Part shown: positions 26,638-35,766 of the stretch, one piece after another | Position numbering within the stretch: position 1 is the first letter of the stretch | Layout of the letters: the number at the start of each line of letters is the position of its first letter | Origin: a virus | Taxonomy: Duplodnaviria > Caudoviricetes | DNA: 62,593 nt | IMG/VR virus record: IMGVR_UViG_3300036785_000450 | Location: 1-62,593 of that record | Reading direction: 5' to 3' (one strand) | Program-made: the position numbers and the translations under genes | The notes under the pieces: model-generated | Databases searched by the model: none | The model's input: the letters and a program-made list of their open reading frames with translations, nothing else | Told to the model about the DNA's origin: nothing

Positions 26638-27068
26638 GATCTCACCTTCCTAGCCTGATATCGGCGCTGTGCTTCCCGGTTACAGACTCGACATACTCGT
26701 ATCGGTCCTCTGCCAGTCACATACTCGTAGACGTTCTCTGGCGTACGAGGATGACCGTTACGGCAGGCCAGGGTGCGAGACCGGAACACGTTGACTTGGT
26801 GCGTAACCGCTTCCAGATGGTTTGGATTGGCACAGTGCGGGTGACGGCAGAGATGGTCAAGTTCCAGGTCTTCCGGTATCTCTCCGATGAACATCTGGTA
26901 GGCCCACCTATGCACTTTTTGCATCGGCTCTCTCGTAACTGGACGAAACTTGGCATAGCCATCAGGAGAGAGCGGTCCCTGCCAGAGCCAACAACCATCC
27001 TCTGTCACGAGGATTTTTGACCAGAACCGTTGGAGCGGCGTGCCAAGGTAACCGGGGTAGACAGTCAA
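26634..27068 (-). CDS. HNH homing endonuclease
   Basis: CWLWQG, VHRWAY, DHLCRHPHCANPNHLEAV, C-terminal CRNGH..CRVC. Confidence 0.9.
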   Translation of the reverse strand: MTVYPGYLGTPLQRFWSKILVTEDGCWLWQGPLSPDGYAKFRPVTREPMQKVHRWAYQMFIGEIPEDLELDHLCRHPHCANPNHLEAVTHQVNVFRSRTLACRNGHPRTPENVYEYVTGRGPIRVCRVCNREAQRRYQARKVRS

Positions 27069-27586
27069 CTTCGATCAGGCTCCTGTTCAAAAAGCCTTGG
27101 GTCGGTAGCCTTCAACTCCCTCTGGCGAGTTATTTCCTCGTCAATCTGCTCCCAGGGACGGGGCAGTCTTTTCTTGTCGGGGCGGTACTCGGCCCACCGG
27201 TAGCTGGGGTTGGTGAACAGCAGGGCGGGGACACCCAGTTCGGTCACGATGAGGACGGTGGCCGGGTCAGCGGACACGATCAGACCCAGGTCATGGCCCT
27301 CACGACGCAGGTAGCTAGCCTGCTCAGCCCTGACCACCGAATCGGACATATCCGCCCATTCCGGCTCACGCACCAGCAGCCGGGTGTAGAAGGCGGGGCT
27401 GGTCATGCCGTTGACCAGGAGCCAGTGCTCAGTGGCGTGCTGGTCGAGGCTGACCGTCCCGAAGGTCAGGTTGTAGCCGGTGCGGAGGGCGTGAGCCAGC
27501 TTGACCCCGTCCGGGATGGGGTAGAACCCGGCCAGAGTGGAGTGGTCCCCGAGCACTCCCTCGATGCACACCAGGGCCGTGCTCAT
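27065..27586 (-). CDS. HAD-superfamily-like protein, probably lacking the catalytic DxD
   Basis: ALVCIEGVL, PIPDG..L, EHWL..NG, IVSADP; start re-called to MSTAL. Confidence 0.55.
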   Translation of the reverse strand: MSTALVCIEGVLGDHSTLAGFYPIPDGVKLAHALRTGYNLTFGTVSLDQHATEHWLLVNGMTSPAFYTRLLVREPEWADMSDSVVRAEQASYLRREGHDLGLIVSADPATVLIVTELGVPALLFTNPSYRWAEYRPDKKRLPRPWEQIDEEITRQRELKATDPRLFEQEPDRS

Positions 27587-27588
27587 GG

Positions 27589-27813
27589 CTAACTGCTGTA
27601 CTGACTGGCCCTGGAGCCCTTGTTGGTCATCTGATCCGGTGCGTGCGGATAAGGCTGGGTCTGGCCGAAGTGCGTCACCCAGGACTGCCGGAGCAAGCTG
27701 GGCCACTGCCCAGGGTCACGGGAGCCATTACTGGAGTCGTAGAAGGTCGACCAGTTGGTGGCCTTGGGGGAGCGACCTGGGGAGGAACGCACGACTTTTC
27801 GTGCGATGCTCAC
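27589..27813 (-). CDS. Small hypothetical protein
   Basis: 74 aa, GTGA coupling. Confidence 0.65.
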   Translation of the reverse strand: MSIARKVVRSSPGRSPKATNWSTFYDSSNGSRDPGQWPSLLRQSWVTHFGQTQPYPHAPDQMTNKGSRASQYSS

Positions 27814-28079
27814 CGGACCACCCTGACCGGCATCTTGGTAGCCCCCGACTCCAAGGCCCCGCCATACCGATGATGACCGTCGATCATGCGATACCTTCCC
27901 TGGTAGGGAGCCACTAGGGGAGGGGTACCGTCACTGGCCCCCCGTCGAGCGATGTCCATAACCTTGGCGTGATCGAGATGAAGCTGGGTGGCATCGATCC
28001 TGTCCAGGCGCACTGAACGAATAGGCATTTTCGGGTTGGGCTTTTTTGCGAACTGGGCTGTAGACAGGGGCACGCTCAC
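27810..28079 (-). CDS. ParB/Srx-like N-terminal-domain protein with LxxxQF tag
   Basis: ATQ, PPLV, MIDGHHR; N-terminus MSVPLSTAQF; leaderless TAGGCT-N6-GTG. Confidence 0.8.
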   Translation of the reverse strand: MSVPLSTAQFAKKPNPKMPIRSVRLDRIDATQLHLDHAKVMDIARRGASDGTPPLVAPYQGRYRMIDGHHRYGGALESGATKMPVRVVR

Positions 28080-28135
28080 GACCCAAGCCTAGGTGTCGGC
28101 CAGTGGCCCCCCTGGGCCATCTAGGCTGGTCCCTG

Positions 28136-28435
28136 ATGTCGGACACCAACCTCCTAGGCGGGTTCTGCTACCTGTGCAACACCAGCATCGAAGCTGACGT
28201 CCAGGCGCATTTTGCCCAGGAGCACCAGACGTCGGCGCGCAAGCCCAAGGTGCCCATCATGGCCTGGGAGCACCGGATCCAGAACGTCCTGGGCGAGCTA
28301 GCCGAGGTACTGGACAGCCAGGACCGGAACCGCCAGATCGATCTGCTCGACAACGTGGTTCAGGAGCTATACCTCGTTCGGGCCAAGGTGGCCCAACTGA
28401 AGGGCACACCCGTCATGCGAGTGAAAGAAGGATGA
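28136..28435 (+). CDS. C2H2-like zinc-finger protein
   Basis: CYLC...HFAQEH; TAGGCT-N8-ATG. Confidence 0.65.
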   Translation: MSDTNLLGGFCYLCNTSIEADVQAHFAQEHQTSARKPKVPIMAWEHRIQNVLGELAEVLDSQDRNRQIDLLDNVVQELYLVRAKVAQLKGTPVMRVKEG

Positions 28436-28436
28436 C

Positions 28437-28721
28437 ATGGGCGTCGTAGATTGGCGGGCTTGGACGGCACAGGGCGGCGGTCAGATGCCGACTGCCCCCA
28501 ACCCGCCTGGCACCCCGTACGTGCCGAATACCCCGTTCCCTGGGGTGAATCCGATCACCGACCTGATCAACATGACCACGTCGGTCCCGCCCTACCCGAG
28601 CCTGTCCAGCCCCGGCAACTGGGTCACGGTCAAGCCGGTCGACCCCTTCGGAGGCTGGACCGACCAGCAGGAGACCCTCAACAAGACGATGCGCCCGGTA
28701 GTTGCTGGCCTGACCTCGTAG
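28437..28721 (+). CDS. Pro-rich hypothetical protein
   Basis: 94 aa, GAAGGA RBS. Confidence 0.7.
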   Translation: MGVVDWRAWTAQGGGQMPTAPNPPGTPYVPNTPFPGVNPITDLINMTTSVPPYPSLSSPGNWVTVKPVDPFGGWTDQQETLNKTMRPVVAGLTS

Positions 28722-28722
28722 C

Positions 28723-29259
28723 ATGCCCAGCGAGTCCCTCCGGGCCGAGGCGGCCAGGACGGGCCAGACCCTCTATCAGGTCCGTATGTCGCGCCTGCGG
28801 GGGACGGATACGGCCAGCTTCCGGCAGCGGCGGGAGGAGCGCTTCCGCCAGCAGCGCATCCGAACCAAGCGGGCCGAGGAGGGCTTCAGCCACATCCCGT
28901 CACCGGTCGAAGCAGGCTGGGAGGAGCTAGGCCCTGGCTTCCCCCTGACCTCAGAGGAGACGCCCCACGGCGCTCAAGGCCCGTTCGGGCCGAGCCCGGA
29001 CCCGGCCTGGGACTTCTACTGGCCGACCAGGACGATCAACCCGCCCCGGCCCAGGACGCTCCAGGCCCGCTACTCCCGCAACGTCCAGGAGCTACAGGTC
29101 ATCTTCCGAGACGGCACCCCCTGGACCTACTTCGGAGTCCCTCCCAACATCTGGCAGCGGTTCAAGCGCACCGAGTCACCGGGCAAGTACATCAACAACG
29201 TGCTCAACGGCTACGACTACAGCCGGGGTGGATGGGGCAGCATCGTAGGCGAAGGGTGA
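28723..29259 (+). CDS. KTSC-domain protein
   Basis: ARYSRNVQELQVIFRDGTPWTYFGVPPNIWQRFKRTESPGKYINNVL. Confidence 0.8.
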   Translation: MPSESLRAEAARTGQTLYQVRMSRLRGTDTASFRQRREERFRQQRIRTKRAEEGFSHIPSPVEAGWEELGPGFPLTSEETPHGAQGPFGPSPDPAWDFYWPTRTINPPRPRTLQARYSRNVQELQVIFRDGTPWTYFGVPPNIWQRFKRTESPGKYINNVLNGYDYSRGGWGSIVGEG

Positions 29260-29263
29260 GACT

Positions 29264-29458
29264 GTGGCGGCGGAACCCACGAAGGAGCCGTCGAAGCTAC
29301 CGTCCAAGATTGACCAGATCCTGGACGAGATCGACCAGGCCCTAGAGGAGAACGACAAGGTCTTGGATGGAGATCTACCCCGACGACTACGACGACCCCG
29401 AGGAGCGAGAAAATCAGTGGGTACTACCCAGCCTCCCGGACCCTGCCCTCGTTCCTGA
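29264..29458 (+). CDS. Pup-like peptide lacking the C-terminal GGE/Q
   Basis: IDQILDEIDQALEEN resembles the Pup core DDLLDEIDDVLEEN. Confidence 0.55.
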   Translation: MAAEPTKEPSKLPSKIDQILDEIDQALEENDKVLDGDLPRRLRRPRGARKSVGTTQPPGPCPRS

Positions 29459-29729
29459 CAACACCAAGTCATGCTGGATTTTCTACGCCTGGCGAGGTGA
29501 GCCACGACAGGGCCAGTGGCCCGTCACGGTCGCAGTAACCAGGGAGATCACGGCCCCTTGGCGGCGGGGGCTGGGTATCATGCTCAGGAGAAAAGATCGT
29601 GCCAGTGCGGTCGGTGTCTGGATGCGTGGGAAGCCTCCCCGTATCCTGAGTGACGCACCGGCCGAGCAGGACTGGCACGACGTCGTCACCAGAGCGAACG
29701 ACTTGGAGCGAGGACTTGAGCACAACTGA
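29367..29729 (+). CDS. Hypothetical protein
   Basis: 120 aa; T.EITAPWRRG motif. Confidence 0.65.
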   Translation: MEIYPDDYDDPEERENQWVLPSLPDPALVPDNTKSCWIFYAWRGEPRQGQWPVTVAVTREITAPWRRGLGIMLRRKDRASAVGVWMRGKPPRILSDAPAEQDWHDVVTRANDLERGLEHN

Positions 29730-30564
29730 GGCTTGGCAGAAGATCTGCGGGGCTACCAAACTGGGCCGGGCAGGAGTGATCCCCGTCTACGACGGCGAGA
29801 CCTGGCGGCTTTTCCGCAACACCGTGACGATCTGGCCGGGCATGGAGACCGCCGCCGACCCTGACAAGGTCGACAGGCTGCGGGAAAATGTCACCAGCTT
29901 GATGGGGCGCTACGCCGAGACCCTTCCTCAACTGGAGAAGCTGGGGATCCGGGTCAAGACCCTGCTGAACCGGCAGATCAAGACCCACGCCGACGTGGTG
30001 ACCTGGGCTGAGTCCATCTTCAACGTCGGGCCATCCACCGGACTGCTGGTCCATGTGGAAGACGCCCTCGCCATGGCCTACGACGACCTCAAGATCCAGG
30101 TCCAGATGGGGCGGCATCCAGCCTTCGTGCTCCCGGCGGCAGCCCGAGGAGCCGGGGTCAGGCAAACGGTGGACTACACCGTGCCCGGGTCCAAGCTCCG
30201 GTACGGCCCCAGGCATGAGTACACCAAGACGGCCTTCTCTCTACAGGCCCCAGGAGCCGCTCAGAGCCACACAGAGGCGACAAGGCGGGCTCAGGCCCAG
30301 GATGTCCTGAGCGGGGCTGTGCGGGGCCGTGGCAGGCCCAGGAAGGACGGTCTGATGCCCGGCTCCAGGGAGGCCAAAGCAGCCGACCGCAAGAAGCGAG
30401 AGCAGGCCAGGACCAGGCAGCAGCGAGAGCGAGCCGTTCGTTCAATTCCCCCCACACGGGGGGAATTGAGCGAGTCAGAGGAAGAGCTAGCCACCATCAC
30501 CGAGCTTCCCCCTCAGCGTCGGGTACTGGCCCGAGTGGGCAACTCTGTCAATGTCAGTTCTTAG
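29716..30564 (+). CDS. AT-hook-containing protein
   Basis: RGRGRPRK; TTG start with GAGGA RBS. Confidence 0.7.
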   Translation: MSTTEAWQKICGATKLGRAGVIPVYDGETWRLFRNTVTIWPGMETAADPDKVDRLRENVTSLMGRYAETLPQLEKLGIRVKTLLNRQIKTHADVVTWAESIFNVGPSTGLLVHVEDALAMAYDDLKIQVQMGRHPAFVLPAAARGAGVRQTVDYTVPGSKLRYGPRHEYTKTAFSLQAPGAAQSHTEATRRAQAQDVLSGAVRGRGRPRKDGLMPGSREAKAADRKKREQARTRQQRERAVRSIPPTRGELSESEEELATITELPPQRRVLARVGNSVNVSS

Positions 30565-30799
30565 GGAGTGGCGACGGGACAGACGCGACACCGGCTACTG
30601 GAAGAAGGCCAGAGAACGCTCAGGGTCCATGCGAGAGGCTGAGATCGTCTCCGAGATCGACCTGGCCCTCATGGGCGGCGGTCTGATCATCACCCGGTAC
30701 CGGAGCAGTGATCGGAAGACCCAGCTTGACCAACTGAAGGAGCTACGTCTCAGCCTGGAGGCGTGCCTGGGCATGCTGGAGAACGTCCTACCTGAGTGA
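30551..30799 (+). CDS. Hypothetical helical protein
   Basis: 82-aa ORF. Confidence 0.7.
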   Translation: MSVLREWRRDRRDTGYWKKARERSGSMREAEIVSEIDLALMGGGLIITRYRSSDRKTQLDQLKELRLSLEACLGMLENVLPE

Positions 30800-30836
30800 C
30801 GCAAGGGCAGGGTTGGAGCGAACCTAGCGTTGGGGT

Positions 30837-31292
30837 GTGCTCAGTCCTCGACAGTTCGGTGGCCTCAGCGGTGAGTTGCGGAGCAAGGGTGGCTTCACGG
30901 TCAACGTCCACACTGGCGAGCGGCCTACCAGCGGGTACGTGGTGGCTGACCTCCAGGGCGAGAGGAAGATGCCCTTGCGTGGCACCACCGGGCGGGACAT
31001 CCAGGCATATGCCGAGACCAAGGGAGGGAAGCGGCTCACTGGCCCCCACCGGTACCTGGGCGGCTGGGCTGACAAGGGGGCCAAGCCTCAGCAGGCCGTG
31101 CTCGACCGCTCCACCCACTACCCAGAGACACCTTGGGGCCAGAGCAAGTCGTACGTCAGGATGGTGGCGAACTTCCAGAAGGCTGCCTACCACGTCACCA
31201 GCGCCACCAGCGGCACCGACATCGATAACCCGGCACACATGGACGACCCGGTCAAGCGGATGCGGCGGTTCCGGGGAGAGAATGTCGGGTAG
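30837..31292 (+). CDS. Hypothetical protein (GGFT...GY.V...LGGW...LD.S...Q.A pattern) with LxxxQF tag
   Basis: N-terminus MLSPRQF; leaderless TAGCGT-N6-GTG. Confidence 0.75.
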   Translation: MLSPRQFGGLSGELRSKGGFTVNVHTGERPTSGYVVADLQGERKMPLRGTTGRDIQAYAETKGGKRLTGPHRYLGGWADKGAKPQQAVLDRSTHYPETPWGQSKSYVRMVANFQKAAYHVTSATSGTDIDNPAHMDDPVKRMRRFRGENVG

Positions 31293-31479
31293 CTTCCTCG
31301 TAGAGGCGCTTAGCCTCCTCCCGCTGTGCCGCTGACATCGACGGTTCACGCTTGAACTGGTGGCTGTCATACTCGGCTTGCTCAGCCGGGGACATCTGGT
31401 CCCGCCCACGCCAACCATTGTGCGTCAGCCTCTTCCAGACGATGTACCTGTCGTAGCGGGCTGTCTCTTCCTCGTTCAT
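31252..31479 (-). CDS. Hypothetical protein
   Basis: Leaderless TACCTT-N7-ATG. Confidence 0.6.
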   Translation of the reverse strand: MNEEETARYDRYIVWKRLTHNGWRGRDQMSPAEQAEYDSHQFKREPSMSAAQREEAKRLYEEATRHSLPGTAASA

Positions 31480-31498
31480 GTTATTCAAGGTACTACCT

Positions 31499-31807
31499 TC
31501 ACGGACGGGATCTCCTCACCAGTTTTCTGACCGGCTTCTGCTCTGGCGGCTCATGGCTGGACCAGTAGGTCTGGCGGAATGCCTCGACGGCACGCAGGTA
31601 GGCCCGAGAGAAGGCCATGGTGCTCCTGACCGGGAACCGGCGCCTGGCCTCAGCCTCCAGTAGTTCCCACACGGCCTGGAAGGCGCCGTTGTCAAGCTCC
31701 ACGGTGTAGGTGGGCTTGGTGGTGTCGTGCAGCTTCTTGCCCGAGTAGTTGGGCACGGGCGGGGGGCCGAGATCCTTGGGGAAGAGATCCTCGTAGGTCT
31801 CAGCCAT
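31499..31807 (-). CDS. Hypothetical protein
   Basis: GGAG RBS; start re-called to MAETYE. Confidence 0.65.
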   Translation of the reverse strand: MAETYEDLFPKDLGPPPVPNYSGKKLHDTTKPTYTVELDNGAFQAVWELLEAEARRRFPVRSTMAFSRAYLRAVEAFRQTYWSSHEPPEQKPVRKLVRRSRP

Positions 31808-31988
31808 CGGCTGGCTCCACGTCAGGCTCAGGCCAATCGGGATCACCGACCGGACAGACACAATCGCCTTTGAGTCCCCACAGCTTGCCGCACTTACGGC
31901 AGCGGACATAGTGAGTGACCTTCAGTGGGTTCGGATTAACGACGAGTCTGCGTTTACGCCCGTCAGGGAAGGTGTTCTGTTCGGTCAT
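31800..31988 (-). CDS. Small zinc-finger protein
   Basis: CRKC...CVC; GAGGAG RBS. Confidence 0.65.
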   Translation of the reverse strand: MTEQNTFPDGRKRRLVVNPNPLKVTHYVRCRKCGKLWGLKGDCVCPVGDPDWPEPDVEPADG

Positions 31989-31991
31989 GAG

Positions 31992-32522
31992 TCACTCCTC
32001 ACCCTTGAACTCCCGGATCTTCTGGAGGAAGTGATACCGCAGGGCGGTGCTGTCCATCCAGAGGTACTCACTGTCGTCATAGCTCCAGCCCCGGCCCGAT
32101 GTCTTGCGGGCGAAGCGGGGGGCGCCGCCACTGACGGCCAGGGCCAGGTAGTGAAGATACCCGGCGAAGTCCTGGGGCTCCCCGTACTTGGCCTTCAGGG
32201 CGTCGATCTTCTTGGTCAGGCGGCGCAGCGTCTTGACCATGGACTCGGCCCGGCGCACATCCAGGCTGAAGATCTCACGGTACTCCAGGGGCTCACCACA
32301 GTAGAAGTCGCCACTGCTGCTGCCCTTGTCGAGCCAGCCGACCACCTTGAGGTCGGCGTACTCGGCACCACGGTCTCCAAGCCAACTCCACTGACAGTTT
32401 CGGATCTTGTCGTCCTCGATGATGACGGGGTAGACGGTGGCGTCCAGTCGGGTAGGGTCGTACTGGTTGGGGGCGACGTTCACGAGGAAGCGAACGTCCG
32501 GTGTGGTAGCTGTCGTTGCCAT
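31992..32522 (-). CDS. Hypothetical protein
   Basis: 176 aa; leaderless TATGCT-N6-ATG. Confidence 0.8.
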   Translation of the reverse strand: MATTATTPDVRFLVNVAPNQYDPTRLDATVYPVIIEDDKIRNCQWSWLGDRGAEYADLKVVGWLDKGSSSGDFYCGEPLEYREIFSLDVRRAESMVKTLRRLTKKIDALKAKYGEPQDFAGYLHYLALAVSGGAPRFARKTSGRGWSYDDSEYLWMDSTALRYHFLQKIREFKGEE

Positions 32523-32626
32523 GCCACCAGCATAGCAGAGTGAGCACTCTAGTGCGGGTCAGGTATTGTGACACCTGTCACAGGAACCCTGTCACATGAA
32601 CCGTGTCACTCTGCTATGCTTGTCGT
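32523..32626. promoter_or_regulatory. Back-to-back divergent leaderless promoters
   Basis: Identical TCACTCTGCTATGCT on both strands, each 6 nt before an ATG; TGTCAC/GTGACA repeats in between. Confidence 0.7.
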
Positions 32627-32854
32627 ATGACTACCACACAGACTGTCGAACAGTTCTGGCGAGAGGTCAACGGCGACCGCTGCCGTTGGCGCACCGCCCG
32701 CAAGCCTCAGTGGTGCGGACATCATCAGAACGGCCAACATGATGCCCAGCAACCAGCCATCCAGATAGGCGACCAGTACCTCGACACTGGTGAGGTAATC
32801 CAAACCTGGGCCACGGCCAAGTGCTGCGCCGACTGCGCCGTCAAGCCAGCATGA
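32627..32854 (+). CDS. Small Cys-containing protein
   Basis: RTARK...C...I.IGDQY...CCADC. Confidence 0.7.
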   Translation: MTTTQTVEQFWREVNGDRCRWRTARKPQWCGHHQNGQHDAQQPAIQIGDQYLDTGEVIQTWATAKCCADCAVKPA

Positions 32855-33516
32855 GGGATGACTTCGCCAAGGTGGCAGAATGGGTACGTCGGGAGAAGCT
32901 GGACATCATCAGACGTGTCCCTGAGGGAACGCCCCCGATTCTGAATGACTGCATCCTGTGCCTGCGCCGAGGTCAGCACCAGTACTCGGTCAAACCTGAC
33001 ATGGATAGTGATCACCCCTGGAGCGCCCTCACCTGGAGCACTGCTTGTCTTGGCTGTGACGAGTACTTCTGGCTCTCTGATGACGGGGAGCGGGTGGTGG
33101 TACAACGATTCACCCTGGGCGATGCCCACGTCGATGCAACGACCGGGTACCCCGTCGACCCCCCCTACCCCACCACCGCTTCCTACCACTACGAACAGCA
33201 GGGAACCACGGTCATCTGGGGCCATGTCTCCGACAAGGATGTGGAACGCTTTTCTTCTACCTGGGAACTCTGGCACGCCAGTCTGGCTGGCTGGAAGATA
33301 GAGAGCGGGACCATGCCTGATGTCATACAGGCACTGCGCCAGAAGGCGGTCAAGGAAGGAATGACTGCGAAGGACCGAGACCAAACGGAATACCAGGGAC
33401 GGGCTCGCTTCGTATCCACTTGCGAGGGTGTGAAGGCGGTCATGTGCAGCAACATGGCTGCGGCGGGACTGAATGCCCTGATCGCATTTCAGGATGGCGA
33501 GGCGTACCGGGCATGA
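32851..33516 (+). CDS. Hypothetical protein
   Basis: ATGA coupling; CILC and CLGC. Confidence 0.7.
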   Translation: MRDDFAKVAEWVRREKLDIIRRVPEGTPPILNDCILCLRRGQHQYSVKPDMDSDHPWSALTWSTACLGCDEYFWLSDDGERVVVQRFTLGDAHVDATTGYPVDPPYPTTASYHYEQQGTTVIWGHVSDKDVERFSSTWELWHASLAGWKIESGTMPDVIQALRQKAVKEGMTAKDRDQTEYQGRARFVSTCEGVKAVMCSNMAAAGLNALIAFQDGEAYRA

Positions 33517-33550
33517 CCATGTTCACTCACCCATGTGGTATACTACGACC

Positions 33551-34000
33551 ATGACCACATTGCTACCACGCCCTGACTACAGCCAGTACCTGCTGGACTC
33601 CCAGAACTACTGGTGCCAGGTCCGAGGCCAGCCCCAGCCACCCGCCCCCACCTACCGGATGGTGGATGGGGAGATGAAGTTGGGCCGGTACGTGGACCCC
33701 TACGGCGCCCTGGGCCTCATGCAGAACCAGAAGGACCGGTGGGCTCACTGGTACACGCGCTTCCTCATCGCAGCCGGATTCGGTGTCCTCATCTCCGGGG
33801 TGGACTTCGTCTTCCTCTTCGTGGCCCTACCCATCCTGGCGACGTGGTACCTCGTCAAGCGGAACCACCACCGCCTCCTCTACGACAGCTACTACAGCCT
33901 CCTCCAGGAGATCAACCAGGCCGGGGAGCCGGTGTGGGCGCCCTTCGACAAGGACCGGCTCGATCAGATCAACCGTCATCCTGCGGCGGTGTGGCCGTGA
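33551..34000 (+). CDS. Membrane protein
   Basis: Leaderless TATACT-N6-ATG; hydrophobic hairpin. Confidence 0.7.
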   Translation: MTTLLPRPDYSQYLLDSQNYWCQVRGQPQPPAPTYRMVDGEMKLGRYVDPYGALGLMQNQKDRWAHWYTRFLIAAGFGVLISGVDFVFLFVALPILATWYLVKRNHHRLLYDSYYSLLQEINQAGEPVWAPFDKDRLDQINRHPAAVWP

Positions 34001-34158
34001 CCGAACAGAACGCCGATTATGGCGTGATCGATCAGGACACGCTGAACAGCTACGACAGGGCGCTCGCACGACTACGAGACGCCCACGAGGACGAGTTCCG
34101 CAGCCTGCTCGCCGTGGAACGAGGCACGCAGATCGACAGTTCTGGTGGTGAGTCATGA
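33997..34158 (+). CDS. Small hypothetical protein
   Basis: GTGA and ATGA coupling. Confidence 0.6.
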   Translation: MTEQNADYGVIDQDTLNSYDRALARLRDAHEDEFRSLLAVERGTQIDSSGGES

Positions 34159-35147
34159 CCGAGGTCTACCGCCCCATCGACGTGCTCGACAAGCAGGCCC
34201 AGATGGTTCGCTGGTGGAAGACCAGCCAGTACCGGCACAGCTTCGCTGACGCCTTCGGCTACGCCGTCCAGAAGTACCGCAGCACCATGGGCGAGAGCGT
34301 AGACACCTTCATCGCCAGCCGACTCAACGATGCCGAGACCTTCTACGTCAGGTCCAACATCATCGACCGGCTCTGGCACTTCACCGACGTGTACGAGACC
34401 CATGGTCACGAGACCATCGAGTACCAGGACTTGCCCTGCCCCAGGGGATTCATCTTCCTGGAGCGGCCGATCCACATGATCGACGCCCGTGGTCGGGTGT
34501 GCTCGATCAAGATCATCCTGTGGTCCGAGGAGCGGGGCGGGGTGTCCATCGTGGAGTTCAGCGACGCCAAGGATCCCCTGGACGAGATCAACCACCTGGA
34601 CCGGCTGAAGACGGGCAAGCCGACCAGTGACATCACCGAGTACCCGCTCTTCCACATCATGCCCTGGGCCTGGGGCAAGAAGGTCCGCAACCTGACCGTC
34701 GCAGACTTCTCCGAGGACCAGCCCGGCGTCCCCGAAGATACTGAGGCTGACCGGCAGACCATCAGGGACAACATGCCGACTTCAGTCCAAAGCATGGACC
34801 GCTTCAACGGGTTCCTGCTCTCGCTGTGGGAGTTCGTGCAGGAGCAGGTGCCCTACCGCATGCGGGCCGACCGGTACATGCTGAAGCGGCTCCAGCGGGC
34901 GCACAGCCCCATCTCTGAGGTGACCGTCGTTGACCTGCGGCCCGTCGACCAGCCGCCCAAGCACACCGACCCGGACCACGTCCCTGAGACCGTGCTATGG
35001 AGTCACCGCTGGCGAGTGCGTGAGCACAAGCGTCGCTGGATCGACAAGCACGGCAACTACCGGGAGACCACCGTGTCAGCCTGCGTCAAAGGGCCGGAGT
35101 ACCTGCCCCTCATCGAGAAGGATCGGGTTTATCATGTCAAGCGTTAA
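34155..35147 (+). CDS. Hypothetical phage protein
   Basis: 330 aa; LP.P.GFI..E.P; C-terminal WSHRWRVR.H.R...VKGP..LP. Confidence 0.8.
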   Translation: MTEVYRPIDVLDKQAQMVRWWKTSQYRHSFADAFGYAVQKYRSTMGESVDTFIASRLNDAETFYVRSNIIDRLWHFTDVYETHGHETIEYQDLPCPRGFIFLERPIHMIDARGRVCSIKIILWSEERGGVSIVEFSDAKDPLDEINHLDRLKTGKPTSDITEYPLFHIMPWAWGKKVRNLTVADFSEDQPGVPEDTEADRQTIRDNMPTSVQSMDRFNGFLLSLWEFVQEQVPYRMRADRYMLKRLQRAHSPISEVTVVDLRPVDQPPKHTDPDHVPETVLWSHRWRVREHKRRWIDKHGNYRETTVSACVKGPEYLPLIEKDRVYHVKR

Positions 35148-35157
35148 GGAGAATCGT

Positions 35158-35364
35158 ATGGCCGGAGAAGTCACGCAGAGGATCGTCAGCCGAGTCAGGC
35201 TGGCCGACAATCGAGAGGTGAGGATCACCAGGATCCCGACAGGACTGGGCGAAGACCTGATCCGGGTGGGCCTCAACCTGTTGCCCAACGGAGAGAACAT
35301 GAGCGGGGCCGTCTTCCCGGAGTCCTTTGTGGACGAGGTCATCGCCGCTCTGGAGAAGGTGTGA
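35158..35364 (+). CDS. Hypothetical protein
   Basis: AAGGAG RBS. Confidence 0.65.
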   Translation: MAGEVTQRIVSRVRLADNREVRITRIPTGLGEDLIRVGLNLLPNGENMSGAVFPESFVDEVIAALEKV

Positions 35365-35678
35365 TGATGACAGTGGACTCTGACGAGCTACTGGAGATGC
35401 GATGCCGCTGCTGCGGTGTCTTCCTTGGCTACCGTCGCCGCATAGGGCGGTTCGTGTTCTGGTGCAGCGAGGACTGCGCCGACACGCCCATGGCGAAGTG
35501 GGAGGAGTCCCAGCCCAGGGACGAGATGATCGTGGAACTGTACCTCCAGGGCTACGGGGTCATGGAGATCTCGCGCCTGCTGGGCGACTGGCCCTACCAG
35601 TACGTCCAGCAGACCCTGAGTCGCCGGGGCCTCCAAGAGTTCCTGGACAAGTACCACCCGATCCCCAACCTGGCATGA
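35361..35678 (+). CDS. Zinc-finger plus HTH-like protein
   Basis: CRCC...WCSEDC; IVELYLQGYGVMEISRLL. Confidence 0.7.
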   Translation: MMMTVDSDELLEMRCRCCGVFLGYRRRIGRFVFWCSEDCADTPMAKWEESQPRDEMIVELYLQGYGVMEISRLLGDWPYQYVQQTLSRRGLQEFLDKYHPIPNLA

Positions 35679-35731
35679 GTCTGGTACAGTGGCGAGTGCG
35701 GTAGACACATGGTGTGGTAGCCATGGTTCGG

Positions 35732-35766
35732 CAGGAGGCCCTCTTCAAGGGGGCCTCCTGTTTTTT
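35732..35766 (+). terminator. Rho-independent terminator
   Basis: CAGGAGGCCCTC/GGGGGCCTCCTG stem followed by T6. Confidence 0.85.
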
